Shown: piece by piece, positions 23,733-38,000 of the stretch
Numbering within the stretch: position 1 is the stretch's first letter
Layout: the number at the start of each line of letters is the position of its first letter
Translations under genes and position numbers: made by a program
NCBI GenBank assembly: GCA_965203295.1
Contig: CBDBCZ010000016.1
Location: 1,184,001-1,248,000, forward strand
From: Nitrospirales bacterium
Lineage (GTDB): Bacteria > Nitrospirota > Nitrospiria > Nitrospirales > UBA8639
Direction of reading: 5' to 3'
Length of the DNA: 64,000 bases
Notes under the pieces: model-generated
The model's input: the letters and a program-made list of their open reading frames with translations, nothing else
What the model was told of the DNA's origin: nothing
Database searches by the model: none

Positions 23733-26401
23733 ATGTCTCTGATGGAAGGGGATGAGCAGTTATGCCCAAGGGTAATCTACGACTGTGGCAACAGTACAGT
23801 GGAGGGACTTGCTGGAAGTATAGCTGCTTGCTGTGTCCTGATTATTGCAAGTCTGTTTTCGTGCATTGGTGCTGTTCTTATCTTGATTGCCTACTGCACA
23901 CTCAAGGACATTCGAAAGGGTGCCCAGACGATCATAACTGTCTTAGCTGTTGCAGACATAATTTATTCAAGCTCATTAATTCTGGCTGGTATTACCTACT
24001 TCGTATACTACAAAGAGACTCGCCAAGAAGATTGTCAAGTTTATCAAACCATCTGCAAAATACAAGGATTCATTACAATCTTGGGAACGTGGGGTACCTT
24101 TATGTGGACCTCGATTCTTGCGTTTTACTTCTTCATGCAGTTTGTGTTCCATGCTGTTAAAATGGCTACCAAACTCATTCCTCTATACAATATCCTGGCG
24201 TGGGGCATACCAATTGCTGTTGCTCTCCCTCTCTTAGCACTGGATAAACTTGGACTATATCCGGGATGGTTGGTGTGCGCTACCAAGCCAGTGCCGAACG
24301 GCTCTCCAGGACAAAACGCTCTGTTGTTGCTTCTTGGAGGATGGCTACCAGAGCTGATCAGTATTGCCTTTGTGATAATACTCTACACCATTATTGGGAT
24401 CCATCTATGTATACAGGTATGTCTGTATAGCTATATTCAAGAATCCTATAAGATTCTGAATTCTGCATGGAGAATATTTGTCGTGTACACACGCACGCTA
24501 AAGCTGTGTGGGAGTATGCATCACTTTTCCCAGCCCTGGTATACTACTCAATCTCTAGCCACATTGGTTGTTAGCTATATAGTTGGTGTACCTATGGCTA
24601 AATTGCACTGTCTATATAATTATATTAATTTCTCACATCATATATTCTTGAGATAATTCTGAAATCCCTCACAAGGTATTTAGCCATACATGCCTATTTC
24701 GAAGCGTTATTTTTCCATGATATGCATGCACGGATTTAGCTATACAGCTGATGCGTAGCCTCAGTGGAGCCTGGGAACAAGGCTAGCAAGGTGCGAGCAG
24801 TCAGTCCTTGGAGAACTGAAAAATTTTAACCACATTTTCTATATAGCGCCTGTGCATGTGTATTAGTAACATACGGTATCAAAATTTTCATGAATAAATT
24901 GCACATTTTATGCTGCAAAATAAAAGTTCTACTGACTGTGTGTATAACGTTCAACTCCTATTAGTCCATGCATGCATGCCATGTCCATCCCCTTAACATT
25001 ATTAAAGGCATGCATGCCTTCACGTATATAATTTTTGTTATTTGCACATTATCATGTATATCTTGAAGAGATGAAATGACCATCTATCAAACATGACTTT
25101 ACTTTGGGCAGAGACGAAGGATGAGGCTAACCACCGATATGGGACATGTAGAGAAGAGGCTATTACTTATTCCGATTGTCTACATTTTTCTCCGAATGTG
25201 GAACACGGCTGAATTTGCACTGCTGTCCAGTCGCTCCTTTAATCCAGATCCTTGCAGCCCACATTCAACTCAGACATTTTTTTATGTCATCACCATTCTA
25301 CAGGTAAATTTAGGAAAGCCACAGGAGTTAATTTCATGCTGTAGTGTTTATGTAATAGCTTGCAGATGTTATTAAGAAATACTATATTCAGTAATTATTG
25401 CTGAAGATGGAATTTTGCAGTAGCATTATGCATAATTACGGAGGAATGGTAGTATTTGGTTTGGAATTTTATGCATGTCTTTGCTATTTAATTAGTATAA
25501 TTAATAGCATGGCTCCGAATGCAATTAGGGATTAATAGCACGAGTGAGTGGCATTAACTAGGTTTTAAATTGCACGAGGCGAAGCCGAGTGCTATTTGCC
25601 TAGTTGATGCCACTCACAAGTGCTATTAATCCCTATTTGCACGAGAAGCCATGCTATTATTTGTCGCACATCCTCTATTAGGCGCATGGTTGCTTACCAC
25701 CTAGAGTCATAAGCGCATGCGCTTATTAACCAGAATTTACGGTAATTCGTCATCGAAAGGTAGGCGGGGCATAAGCTAATCAGAGCAGCTAGGAGGAATT
25801 AAGATAGTATATAGGTCAGTTTAATAATTCGCCAAAGCATAGCATGTTACATGCATGTGGAGTCTGGGCCTAAACAATTTAAGGCCTATTTTCTTCTACA
25901 TAGATAAAACCAGTACATGCATGCAGTAGCTGCTTTGAAAGGAAACACATTCTATAGTTACGACTAATGTTAAGTGACCTAGTTTTCTTTTTTTACGTGC
26001 AGGTGATAGCAAACTCAAGCCAAGGATGGGTAAATGCTATCCTGTTTGTTTTTCTTTCCAAGAAGATGAGGCAGAGGATATTCTGGCAACCACTTCGGAG
26101 GCTAGCAAAGAAGACAAGAAAGCAGCGTAGGGAGCCCCCCGCTAGGCCACGGTCACTTCCTGGTCACGGCAAACCGTCATCTGAAGGAACTCCCCTTTTT
26201 CAAGAAACTGCTGCTGAAACTGCTCGGGGGTATGATACACATTATTCTTTTCCAACTGAGTTTGATCCCACCTCCCTTACCACCACAAGGCCTGAGTTGA
26301 TCCCTGTTCGTGCTGCCCCAGCCAATGTCGATATGGAATTTTCTACAATTGGAGGAAACGAAACTACCTACACACCTTATACAGATATTGCTAGTACTTA
26401 G
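23733..26401 (+). CDS. 7TM GPCR, GPR157/cAMP-receptor-like, 3 exons (~424 aa)
   Basis: Exons 23733-24416, 25112-25303 and 26003-26401, all phase 0. Seven hydrophobic segments; motifs LAVAD, CKIQGF, AWGIP, LLLIPIVYIFLRMW and NSSQGWVNAILF. Confidence 0.85.
25503..25657. repeat. Palindromic hairpin repeat
   Basis: AATAGCATGGCT..AGCCATGCTATT arms around centre GAGGCGAAGCCGAG. Confidence 0.85.
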
Positions 26402-26900
26402 TGATGCATATGCTTTTGAATTTTATCTCATTAGTGCTGCCACTAGGGTTCAATATGAGCTTCATTGTATACACAGCCACATAATACATTTCTGGTGTCC
26501 ACTTTCTGTTTGCAACATTATTTACTAGCTAGCTATGGTTATTTTATAGATCCTGTAGCTAATCCACATATTTCTGCAAGTGTTCGATGATGAGATATTT
26601 GCAGTGATCCTTAGACCATACTATATAACAGTAATTCCCTGCATGCATACATTTTGTAAACACTTCATTGCTCATGTTAGTTTAAGTTCTTCCTGTTCCA
26701 ATAGGCCTTTATCCATTACTACGTAATTATGACGTCTGGGGGGTAATAGTGGGCACTAATTGGAATTCGAAGCGTCGCAAGAAGCGCGAGTGCACCACCT
26801 GTTCTTTCGTTTTTCTGGACTGTCAGCTGTTTTTCAGTGCTTAGTCCATTTCCAAGGTTAGTTCAGTTATTTTTCTCTGCAAAAGATATCTCAAAGTTCG

Positions 26901-28052
26901 ATGGCGACCGCAAATGAAGTTTCAGGCTCTTCATCTTCCCCTCACCCTTCGCGGTCTTGTAGCGACGTCCCTATCCACAAGTGGACTTGCTCTGCGCTCA
27001 AAACCTGGCTTAAGGCCCGCGGATTAAGCTATTCAGCAATGAGAAAGGATGAACTAATAGCGAAGTAAGTCCAGATGTAAATCGATTATCGGTAGACTGG
27101 TAGGGTGGAGCGATTTGTCCCCTCCTTTTTTGTACTTCGGCATGTTTACATTACACAAAATGATAAAGCAAGTACAGGTACATGTACACACTACAGGGCA
27201 AGTAATGTACACTACAGTGCAACTGATCCTTCCATTAGGGTTGAGGGAGCAATCAGGTGTGGGCTTGATTCACCTGTAGAGGAGAGTGAAGAAGAAAATG
27301 AGGCAGCACCAGACGGTTATGAGGCAACACTATCGTCAGAAAGTGGCTGGATAGATGCCGAGTGTATTGATCTACCCCCACTCACCCTCAAGCACATACA
27401 CCAGTACTTCATAACTGGACGACTGCACAAAGAGCGGGTCACTGCATCAAAGCCATTCGAGAGGGGCTATAGACTATTCAGTTCAAGGAAGGTCCAGTGT
27501 CTCTCAATTCATGACGTTACCAGTAACTCTGTTTACTGCATCATCCGTGCAACAGTCTTGCCCTCACAGAAATCTGGAGCATATAAAACAGCCATTGCTC
27601 TAAATAAAACAAATGGGCATGTTATATACGGAAGGTGTACCTGTGTCGCAGGTAACTCAGCCTGCAATCATACTGCTGCACTGATGTTCGCAATAGATGA
27701 TATGAACAGGGAACGGGCTAGCTGTGGAGCCGGAAGTAGTGGAGCCCCTAGTTCAACCTCGCTGCCCAGGAAGTGGGGTGTTCCAGCAAAATCTAAGAAA
27801 GACCCAACACCAGTGAACATGCTGGAGGTAGTAAAACCTAAGTATGGAAAGCTACCGCAACACACCCCTACTGACGTCCAACCCATCGATCCTTCTATTG
27901 GCCTAGTACACATGGCTAGAATCATGTCCCTTCGGGAGGACCTAGAAAAGAATTGTAAGGATCAGATACTTTTCAGTCAGGTGTGGCCATCACAACCAGA
28001 TGCGAAGCAAGCAGACAGGCTAATGAAAATGCAGGCGAGGCCTAAAACATAA
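26901..28052 (+). CDS. Transposon accessory protein, SAP-like domain + SWIM zinc finger
   Basis: Exon 26901-27064 (KWTCSALKTWLKARGLSYSAMRKDELIAK, SAP-like) splices in frame to 27239-28052, which contains CTCVAGNSACNH (CxC..CxH) and STSLPRKW. Confidence 0.8.
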
Positions 28053-28164
28053 TGTAATTATATATTAATTGTATGTAGCTGATTATATTCATGATGCCAC
28101 TAACACAACATACACACAGTCAACGATAAGAGCACAGAAATAACTTAAGCACAGAAATAACTTA

Positions 28165-29544
28165 TCACTCGTTATCTGAAAGAGAGTCAGTAACCAAAGG
28201 AGGGTGAAACAAACTGAGTGCACAACAAACTCCCCATATGTTATCTACAGAATTTACAAGTGTTAGTGGTACAACATTTTTCAAAATGTGATACTGCTTG
28301 ATGCGGCCAATAGCTCTCTCTACGTGAATTCGAAGGGATGCTATTTGACGCGTAAGAATAACATTCTTCTTAGAAAGCTGTTGATGATTCTTTAAGAATG
28401 GGGGGATATTTAGCTTTGCACCACATACTAGTACATCATACGCAATATCAAAGCCTTTGTCAGCCATAATCGAGTCTCCAGGTTCAATAAGTTCTAGTAT
28501 GCCACAATCACGGGTAAGTGCTTGATCTGAAACTGACCCAGCATATAACTCCGATAAAAACGTAACAGCTCCTGTAGGACATATGCCAACTAAACCCTTA
28601 AAAGTGTTGTGGTGCTTGTAAGATGAGTAGGTCAGTGACTGCACAGACATGGACGAGGGTACTTCAGTAAGTATCTCAGTACAATCAATAATAACTCGGG
28701 TAGTGGGGTAAAATTCTTTAAACTGCATAGGCATGTGTGCATCAAAAACTGCCCTTGACGGCCATGTGATGAGGGGTCTAAGTTGCTGGTTCAGAAACTT
28801 GAGCCAGGTTACACAAATACGAGATACTGTAGCAATGCCAATATCAAATCGATGAGCTAAATCTTGTTCCAATAATCCCAGTCGCAGCCGAACTAATACA
28901 AGGAATAGTTCATCAATGGGTTGCAATACCCGGGCTCGTGGTTTAAATGTCTGGGTAGAGGTACTCTTAATATCACTACGGCATAAACGTAGGTAACACA
29001 GTAGCGGCTCAAGATATCTATAAAGGCACATGAGCACAGGATATGATGAAAGGCCAGTGTAAAACTGTATATCTGCATCACTTCCTTCAAATCGCTTCAG
29101 GAGGAAGCGCTGGGATGTCAATGTTCTTACTTCCTCTTCGAGCCTCAAAACATCTGCCTGCAGCTGCATAATTCTTTCTTCATGTTTTTCAATTTCATTC
29201 TTTGCTACGTCTAGCTCTACCTCAGCTGGTGTTGGAAGCTTTTCTGGCTTTTGCTTTTTGGAAGGTATGGGGTATCGAACAGTAGGAGGGTGTCGCTGCT
29301 TCACTGATTTACTCCATGGAAAAATAGTTGGGATTTGGGAATTAACTGTTTTTTCACTTCCTTCAAAATGCAGGCTGCAAATTCTAGAGTTCTCACTCAC
29401 ACTGATATGTCTTTTAATACTAACTAACCACTTGTATCTCTGGTCAGGTTCTTGGGGTAGGCGATGAAATTTGACACCCTCAAACTCAGGCCTATCACTC
29501 CTGCTACAGCACCCCGGTATGCTGCAAATCTGATGTCGAGGCAT
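28165..29544 (-). CDS. Transposase: THAP zinc finger + HTH + Harbinger-type DDE domain
   Basis: 459-aa uninterrupted ORF. THAP motifs CSIPGC..FHRLP..W..ICSLHF..PTIF; catalytic motifs IIDCTE, MADKGF and RIHVERAIGRIK. Confidence 0.93.
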   Translation of the reverse strand: MPRHQICSIPGCCSRSDRPEFEGVKFHRLPQEPDQRYKWLVSIKRHISVSENSRICSLHFEGSEKTVNSQIPTIFPWSKSVKQRHPPTVRYPIPSKKQKPEKLPTPAEVELDVAKNEIEKHEERIMQLQADVLRLEEEVRTLTSQRFLLKRFEGSDADIQFYTGLSSYPVLMCLYRYLEPLLCYLRLCRSDIKSTSTQTFKPRARVLQPIDELFLVLVRLRLGLLEQDLAHRFDIGIATVSRICVTWLKFLNQQLRPLITWPSRAVFDAHMPMQFKEFYPTTRVIIDCTEILTEVPSSMSVQSLTYSSYKHHNTFKGLVGICPTGAVTFLSELYAGSVSDQALTRDCGILELIEPGDSIMADKGFDIAYDVLVCGAKLNIPPFLKNHQQLSKKNVILTRQIASLRIHVERAIGRIKQYHILKNVVPLTLVNSVDNIWGVCCALSLFHPPLVTDSLSDNE

Positions 29545-32046
29545 GGGAATTGGGCTCAGGCGTTCAATTGAGGCTGTGAAATCTTTCAGTTCTATTCAAA
29601 GTTCGACACACGCAATAGAGTCTTCAGGCAACTACTATCCACGACCGCAATAGAAATCCCACTCTCTTACAAACAGCGCGTTCTCATTCTAGAATACAAT
29701 AATGTGGCCCCACAAATTCAAGTTAAATAAGCAAAGTACTCACCTAGCAACACTTTCCGCGGGTTTCTTCGCCTTTTCCAGCTGCTGGACTCCAAGAAAA
29801 CTGAGGTCTTCCCGCTGCGTTCCGCCATTCTGCGACGCTTCGAATTCCAATTAGTGCCCACTATTACCCCCCAGACGTCATAATTACGTAGCAATGGATA
29901 AAGGTCTATTATAAAAGCATGGGAGTTATAATTATACGCCAGGATGCATCACATGGTACGCACGTGCTTGTTGTGACGTAATACTACACAACCCTGCTCC
30001 CGCGAGCTCGTGCGGAGGAAAAGACAGTGCTCAGTGCTAATCAGTATTGGAAAGCGCCTGTTTCGTATATATACGGAAAACACTGCCACTCCAAACGGTA
30101 AGCGTATGCTGCTGATGATTTCGTCATGTCACTTTTATCATTTATGATATGGTCTACGATCCGATTTTGTCCTTTAGTATGTGTATTATACTGGTACCCA
30201 ACTGTACCCCCATTCTTGCTGTAATATAGGCTCGAAAATAATTATCTAGCTACCTGAGCGGTAATCCCCCCATCCATGGATGTTTAGGACGATCGGTTTA
30301 GGACGTGTTTTTATCGTCTTTTTTTTTTTTTTGCTGTTGAACAGTACTTACATGTCATACCATTATTTTTGCAGCCAGTAATATACCACCTAGCTACATG
30401 TACATGTACATGTGTAGTTGTTTACCTGTTTAATAAGGAGCCTGCTTGAATGTCAGTGAGTGAGAACTACATGTAGGCGCATGCATATTGTATCAACGAT
30501 GATTGACTGTAATAATACACTGGCGTGGGGGCCTGATAGCTAACTATGTTTGGCAAGAAAGTGGAAGTTTTTACATTTGATACAATGTATATAGTCTAAG
30601 AATAGTACAGCTATATACCTGCATGGTAATTTAACACAAGACTGCCCGTTTATTTTACTACAGCTAAACATGCAGCATTGTGTTTGCCTAAAATACCGGG
30701 TCGTCATTTTTTTGTTGTTTCTTAGGGGCTCTATCTCCACTCCTAATTCTTTTACTGAGGCCAAACCAAATTAATTTCCTATTCTTGGAACTTGAGAAAC
30801 TTACACGGTACAAAAGTCCGAGTTAAACTTTAGTGTAGTGTGGTGAAGGAAACTACGAAGTTAGAGCAACAACTTTTGCCTTTAAGCTCAGTAGCTATCT
30901 AGCTACTGCAAGGCACCCTAGCTGAAGTTGTCATGAAACGATTCTCGTTTTTCAAGCTGACCCAGCTAGCTACAGACCTAAAATATTTGACAGGACAGCC
31001 CGTGAAACAACAAATCAATTTGGAATATCCTAACTCTTGTAACGTAGTGCAGAGCTGGTGGTAGCCTACCTGTACCTGTATAGGACTGCTGACTCTTTTT
31101 GCATGGTACATGTACTGCATAGAAAGCTGAAGCTGCCATGCTCATGAAGGTTGTCACCCACCAAAACAAGCTGCACTAGCACATGATAAGTTTCATTTAA
31201 TTTCAGAACTATTTGTAAACTTCTATCACCTATGCACAGTATGTATAGAAAGCAGACTTCCATTCTGTGACTCCATAGGCAGAAACCATATTATGAACTT
31301 CTGTTCTGATAAATTTTAATGGATTCATGTGTATACTAATTTAACCTAGTGCTGATAGCTAATTTAATTATGGTTTCAATGGGGACAAGCTGCTTGCCCA
31401 GACACCCACTCCTAAGAATGAAGACAAGGACCACCAAAAACTTGTACGACATTACATTACGAGTATGCACAATTTCAAACAGAACGCTATCATGTCTACT
31501 ATCGAAGAAGACTACTGCTAGCGACTTTTTGGCCTTCTCCGACTTTAAACAGCATTAAGCACTGTATGTAGCTATCTGTTTCTGGAGCGGCAAATACAAG
31601 ATTTAGGTTGGCCAGTAAAACTAGCAAGTCACACGCACTCATGTGCTGGCTTAGGAATGTCACTGACTATACATGTAGTCAGCCATCTATGCACTTTGGT
31701 AACTGTCTCTCTCAGTAAAGAAATAAACTAGTCAGCGACGTAAGCAAAACTACAGTTTGTCCATCTCACAAAGCCCCCCAATTAATGCAGTCATTATAGC
31801 TAGCTAGGTGAATTGTGTTTCATAATTACATACAACGTAGGAAAAAAAGCAAACAATTCAGTTCATGCTCATTGACTAGCTGTACCCCTCAGCCACCATG
31901 TCAAACCATTGTGTCATTGCGTGAGTTGTATAGTATCCCCAACAGTATATGATACAAATATACAGACGAACCATTTTACTACCTATTCTAGCTACAACTG
32001 TACTTAATAACATTCTGTGTTTTCTCACAGCCACTACCACGTAACT

Positions 32047-35000
32047 ATGAGTGGCACTCCAGAGGGTTTACAGAGTGCTCCAGGGCTGCAGCAGTTTATT
32101 CTCAAAGATGTCAAGCATCCGTCTACACCAAAACGCCTCGGCACCGGCTCTTATGGAAGCGTAGACGAATTAGTAATTGGAGGGATTATCTGTGCAGGTA
32201 AAACTGTTCATGATGCCCTAATTGATGTTGAAAACGAGGGAGCTGATAATATTGTACAGAGGTACATTCGGGAGTGTCATCTCATGGCAAGCCTACGCCA
32301 TCCTCATATCGTGCAGTTTATGGGAATCTGCTTTCTGCCTGGGTCACAGCTTCCCGTTCTAGTCATGGAGTATCTGAGCAGCAATCTAGATGCTTTTCTG
32401 GAGAAGCAGGCAGATATTCCTCTGTTCCTCAAGAGGTCCATTCTGCATGATGTCGCACGAGGCCTTATATACCTTCACGGCCGCACACCGCCAGTCATAC
32501 ATCGCGACCTCACTGCGAGGAACGTATTGCTCAGCTCCATGATGACTGCCAAGATCGCAGATTTTGGAAACAGTCGACTCGTTGATGCTCTCGCAACTCA
32601 GACGCTGACTCAATTCCCTGGCACCCTGGCTTATCTTCCCCCTGAAGCGCTTGATCCACACCCCCATTACAACACGAAGCTCGATATGTTCTCATTCGGT
32701 CACCTCTCTCTCTATACAATCATCCAAGTCTTTCCGATGCCTATTGGTTCAACTTACACAGAACCACAGAGCGAGGTCGTTGTAGCTCGTTCAGAGGTCG
32801 AGCGTCGCAGTGAATACCTGCAAGTGCTTCGTACACAAGTTTCTGGCATCGATTCTCTCCAGCAGCTCATTGTGGCGTGCCTGGATAACACCCCTGACAA
32901 ACGGCCCTCTGCAGCACAAGCCATGGATTGCCTCGCCCAGCTTAGCATTGAGATCCCAGACCCGTACAGGGAGCTGAACAGATTTGACATGATGCAGATC
33001 CTCAAGGGGCATAAATCACTGCCAGAAGAAGAGGCAGGAAGTACAAGAAAGGAATCATGGATTAAGGTATATATATATTCTTGTGCAGTATAATACTACT
33101 GTTCTGACAGATGGGATAATTTTTGGGGGGATTTATATTTATAGATGCCAAAGATTCATATTCTACTACAAAAAATGCATCATTGTTTTGACTTAGAGGT
33201 TACATGTTACCTGAAGTGCGGATGTCTGAGTATGTAGGTAGGATTTAGACCTCAAAGTGGTGATCTGTTACTATAAAATTTTCATTGGACTCATCACACA
33301 AAATGGAGGGTCGCTAAACTTTGAATAGGTCCTCACAAATCGGCGTTTAGAATCTAGGTATATACACATTTTACATACATACCAACTCTAAATATAGGAA
33401 CTCCCTCCACTTCGTATGTTGAGTCCATGTAGATGAAAGACTCACAATTGTTATCAAATTTCGTAGTGACGAATTACCATGCACTTTGAGGGCTTACTTC
33501 TACTAACATACTCATACTCGGCCCATCTACAACTCAGGTAACCACAAGGGATCAAAACAAGTACATATTTTTTTACAATGGCAAAAATTAGACTCCTAGC
33601 GTAAGCAACCAGCTATCACACAGTTTTTGTACCTGAGTCCATACCATCAGACTGGAATGCTATATATATATATCAGAATATCAGAATTGCACTGAGATAA
33701 TCATCATCATTTCTCTAATCTTACACTCCTTTTATGCGGAAATAGAAACAATTTTGTCTGAACAATGCAAGGGTGGAGCCAGCAATTAACATGCATGACA
33801 CCGTGCGTGAGTACGTAAAGTCATACACCAATACTTACTGCTATTACCAATTATTGTGCAGTTGGTTTAAAATAGCAGTGCATGTATTAGTAACGAAATA
33901 TCACTAGTGATATGCATGGCATAATGGGGCGAGCCTTCGCGAAGCATATAGCGTGCAGCAGAAAATGTGATGACAATAAAGAAAACTGTGCATGCATGAT
34001 TTCAGTTTCTGTTTGTCTGTTTTGTATGCACATGGTCTCTGTTCCAGGGCAACTGTAACCACTGTAGTGCATGAAGTATGATGGATCTTCTCACTGGAAA
34101 TCAAGTAGTTCCTTCCTTTCTCATGACTCTAAGCCTTCAAGCTCATTGGGCAGTCATAGCAAACCGGTGACATGTGGCAGACTTACGCCAGTAGAGGATT
34201 AGTTCGTGCCAGTAGAGTACAATTCGGTTACAGCATACCCTCAGGATGTAGGTGCAGACCAGGGAGTGGTTCTGAACACGACTCATCTCAAGTGTGCACA
34301 TGCAGAATTTGTGTACCTCAGAACAGCTACATAAGGAGCTGCTTGCATACGTGTACTACTGGCCATGTCAATTCTCTCCCTCTAGACTGCTCACGGCATC
34401 TGCTGTAGTTGATCAGGTCTGTTTCTATCATTAATTGTCTGCCTTGCCTCGAGAGTCTCTGTGGCATTATGGATACACATGAAATGGATACCCTGTAGCT
34501 ACAAATCGCAAAAATTAGCAGCAAGATGACTTACGTTGTAGCCTTAGTGCTCTATCACTCTCTCGGCGTCTACGTATAGGCCTAATCTCGCCTCCTTCGC
34601 TTGGCAGTCTCCTCTGCTCTCCGTCGTCATTCGTGCTCTCGCCCCCCAAGCCCCTCTTGCCTATTCATTGCGATCAGATACTCAGACGAGTACCACGTGC
34701 AAATAATTTAATGCGCATGCGTATGGCCAGAGCCCCCTAAAATTTTCCCGGCCGACCCAAGCAATTTTTTTGACGGTTGAAAGTACGATGACAGACAGAC
34801 AGACAGAAATTTCCTCGTTGTACAGACTACGTGGGGCTCACTCCGGCTCGCCCCAATTATTTCTGTCATCTCACGTTTTCTTGTAATAAGAAACTCTGTA
34901 TGAACATAACAAGCCCAAAAAAATTTCGCTTAAGTACTAATACTTTCTGAGCAATATTAGGTACTACGCGATAAGCGGCCACTTACACTACCATGGAAAA

Positions 35001-38000
35001 TGTATCACATATAGCAAAATTTTACTGTCAAAGTTGTTAGCAAAGTGTAGGAGGTGATTAATTTTCTAGCACATTTTGCAGCTACATGTTTAAACTATGA
35101 AGACTCAATGTCCTCAAAACCGTACGAATATATAGCCTTGCCTGTGTTTAGTTATTTGCAGACTTTAGTATCTGTCTCTTAGTTGGCTTCAAAGATAGCA
35201 CAGCTCAATCCAAAAAAAAAGAATGAACGAAGTGCATAATATACACGCAGCGTAAAAGAACGCATAAAAAGCAGTTAAGAAATAGGAAAAGAAAACTTAG
35301 CAAAGCCAAGTTGTTAGAATTTTATGCAATACATAATACTGTAGGTGAAACAATCAGATTTGGAAAGCCTTTGCCAGACAAAAGACAAACTTCTGGACGC
35401 ACGAAAGATGGAAAATTGCCAGCAGGCAGAACTGATCCGACAGAAACAAGCAGAGATTGAGGTTTGATGCTATAAATGTTTGTATGTGAAGTTAATTTTA
35501 AAAGAACCAATTTTATACTTGTGCTACTCTTTATTCCTACATAATATTATGTAGGCCAAAAGTGAAGCGTTTAAAGCAGAGCTCAACAGTTTGAAATCCC
35601 AGTGTAAGCAACTGGAGGTAAGCATGCCTATCTCAATAGTATATATTGGTACAGATATGTCAACATCTACCGTATTATTATGCAGGACTTGTGTTGTACA
35701 AAGGAAAAGCTCCTTGAGACCAAAGAGCTTGAAAATAGACAGCAGTCTAAGATAATGGAGCACAAGGAAGAAGAAACGAGAAGCTTGCAGTCCCAAATTC
35801 AGGTTAGTGCTACTCATGCATATGTGACCTTTGGCGAATCAGGCGTCTCAAAATCGATCACAAGCTTAATGATACACAGCAACTTCTATGGTTCTTTTCT
35901 TCTGTAGGCCTATCTCTTGCTTTACCCATCTATATCCAGGCCCCTTATAGTTTAGCTAGCCCTCGCATTATTAGCATATCAACGTAGCTGAAGTGAGGAT
36001 GGCACTGTACCACAGTTTCACTGCCCAGGATGGTTGTGTATGCCTTTCAGACGCTCATGACACAAAGCCCAGCAGTTCTGAGTGCCCTGACATGACTTTT
36101 CCAGTTGCACTCTTGGTTAGAAGCCACTGTCTTGCACCACATGATACTAGGAATTTGCAATTTTTCAGTCAGCGTACCAGCGCGTGTATCTCGGAGCCTG
36201 CCTCCTGTACATATCCAGTTATCGCATATTCTGTAGCCCTATTCCAGTGCTTTCGAATGATACCGGTTTTGTGCAGCGCGGGGGGGGGGGGGGGGGGTGA
36301 ACAAAAATGTACTAAGAAAAACCGCACCCCTCTCGCGCGAAGCACGATTGAACCGTCCGTACAAAACGGCTTCTGTAGGCCAAGCGGTAAGCGCCTGCAA
36401 CTTGAAACGTGGGATATAAATAGCAGAGGTATAGGCCTATAAAACCGCTGGCAAACCAGGCGCGTCCAGCTGCTGACTTCGTGGTACTAGGTCTTGCAAA
36501 CACACCGGAAGCTATAGTGCCGTTAATTAAGCATTGGAATTTTCCTACCTATACATTTTCCGTTTCTTCAAAAACTGTCCGTATACTGCCATCTGCGGAA
36601 CGACTGTGTGAACTGGATGGTGGGACGAATACCGTTGAGATTGTCAATCTTCTCGACAAAAATAGGTTAGACAACGAGGTAGAGGTATCTGCAGCAAGGT
36701 TACTATAACTGAGAAAGCCAGTGACTTATTTGAAGTTTAGGGCTTCAGTTGTGACAGGCAAATCAGGAATAAAGATGAGGTATCTGAATCTGATAGATAC
36801 CAGCAGGCATATAACTATCAGATTTAAATACCTTATAGGCATACTTCAAAGGATATTATTCATGGCTGTAGGTCTAAATGCTGAAGATATCATCCATGCG
36901 CCTCTGAAAAGATTGAGTTGCTTCTTTGCAGCTAAAAAAAAGTCACTTCATGCATCACGCAGAAACATCTTTAGCCAGCCCCCCATCTTCTTTCACCTTG
37001 GTGAAATATTGAAATATAAGAACGACTCATAATATAAGTCCATTTTTTGACAACTCTACAATGCCTGTGAGCTTTCACTACTCCAGCTGAACATTACTCT
37101 TGTCCCTTCTGATATAGTATTGGCTAGTTATAGTCATGAGCCAACATCGGCTGACTCCTCCTTCTACCCTCTTTTCTAGGTCCTCGTACCCAGGCGTATT
37201 ACATAGGGAATAAGTGCGCCTGGTATCCACTGTTTGTGCATGCACTTAATTTCCCAGCATTCCGTGGCGATAGGATACCACCGTGGCATATCCGCGGTAT
37301 GATGACGTCAATACTGCATACGTGGCCATATTATCAATTGTGCACGCGATAATGGCTGCTTGTACAGAGGACTTCGATCGCTCGATTTCTTGCGTCTAAC
37401 GATGACACTGAAACTTGAGCAGAGACTCAGAGCGTCTGCAAAATCCATCTACGAAGGGAAAGACCTTTTTCTCTGGCTCCCAACTGGCTTTGGTAAGTAA
37501 TTGTACTATAAAGGACTACCATTCGTGTTTGATGTGAAGCTTGGCAGGCTAACTGTCAATAATACTAACAGACTAGGCACGAGCAAGTTCAACGGGAATC
37601 TTCATTGTCACAGTATATCTGTAGTAAATATTTCCGCGTGGACGAGTCGGACGTCATTGTACATGTCCAATAATTGTGACAACGTCACTTGATACACGCC
37701 TACTGAAATCCATGTGGACTTAGTGCACTAATTACGCGCATGCGCGAACAGTGGATACCAGGCACACTTTTCCCAATTTTAATGCGCCTGGGTACGAGGC
37801 TAGGTCCTACACAAGCTATGTACCTAGCTAGAATATGTTCATGCAGTATAAGGGAGCTGCAGTGAATAGCCCCATAAATAGAAATGAGGTTTTGAACACC
37901 AAATTAGTGCATGTGCGCATTAGCTAAGGAAGTGATACTGTAACTAAATTGTGCCCATTCATTGTGTATTACTCCAGCAACAACTGTTAGAGTATGAGGC

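Larger units (their letters stand above)
26703..29907. mobile_element. ISL2EU/Harbinger-superfamily DNA transposon, both ends intact
   Basis: ~76-bp near-perfect TIRs (AGGCCTTTATCCATT..GAAGCGTCGCA 26703-26778; reverse complement 29831-29907), AT on both sides, and two convergent genes inside. Confidence 0.9.
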
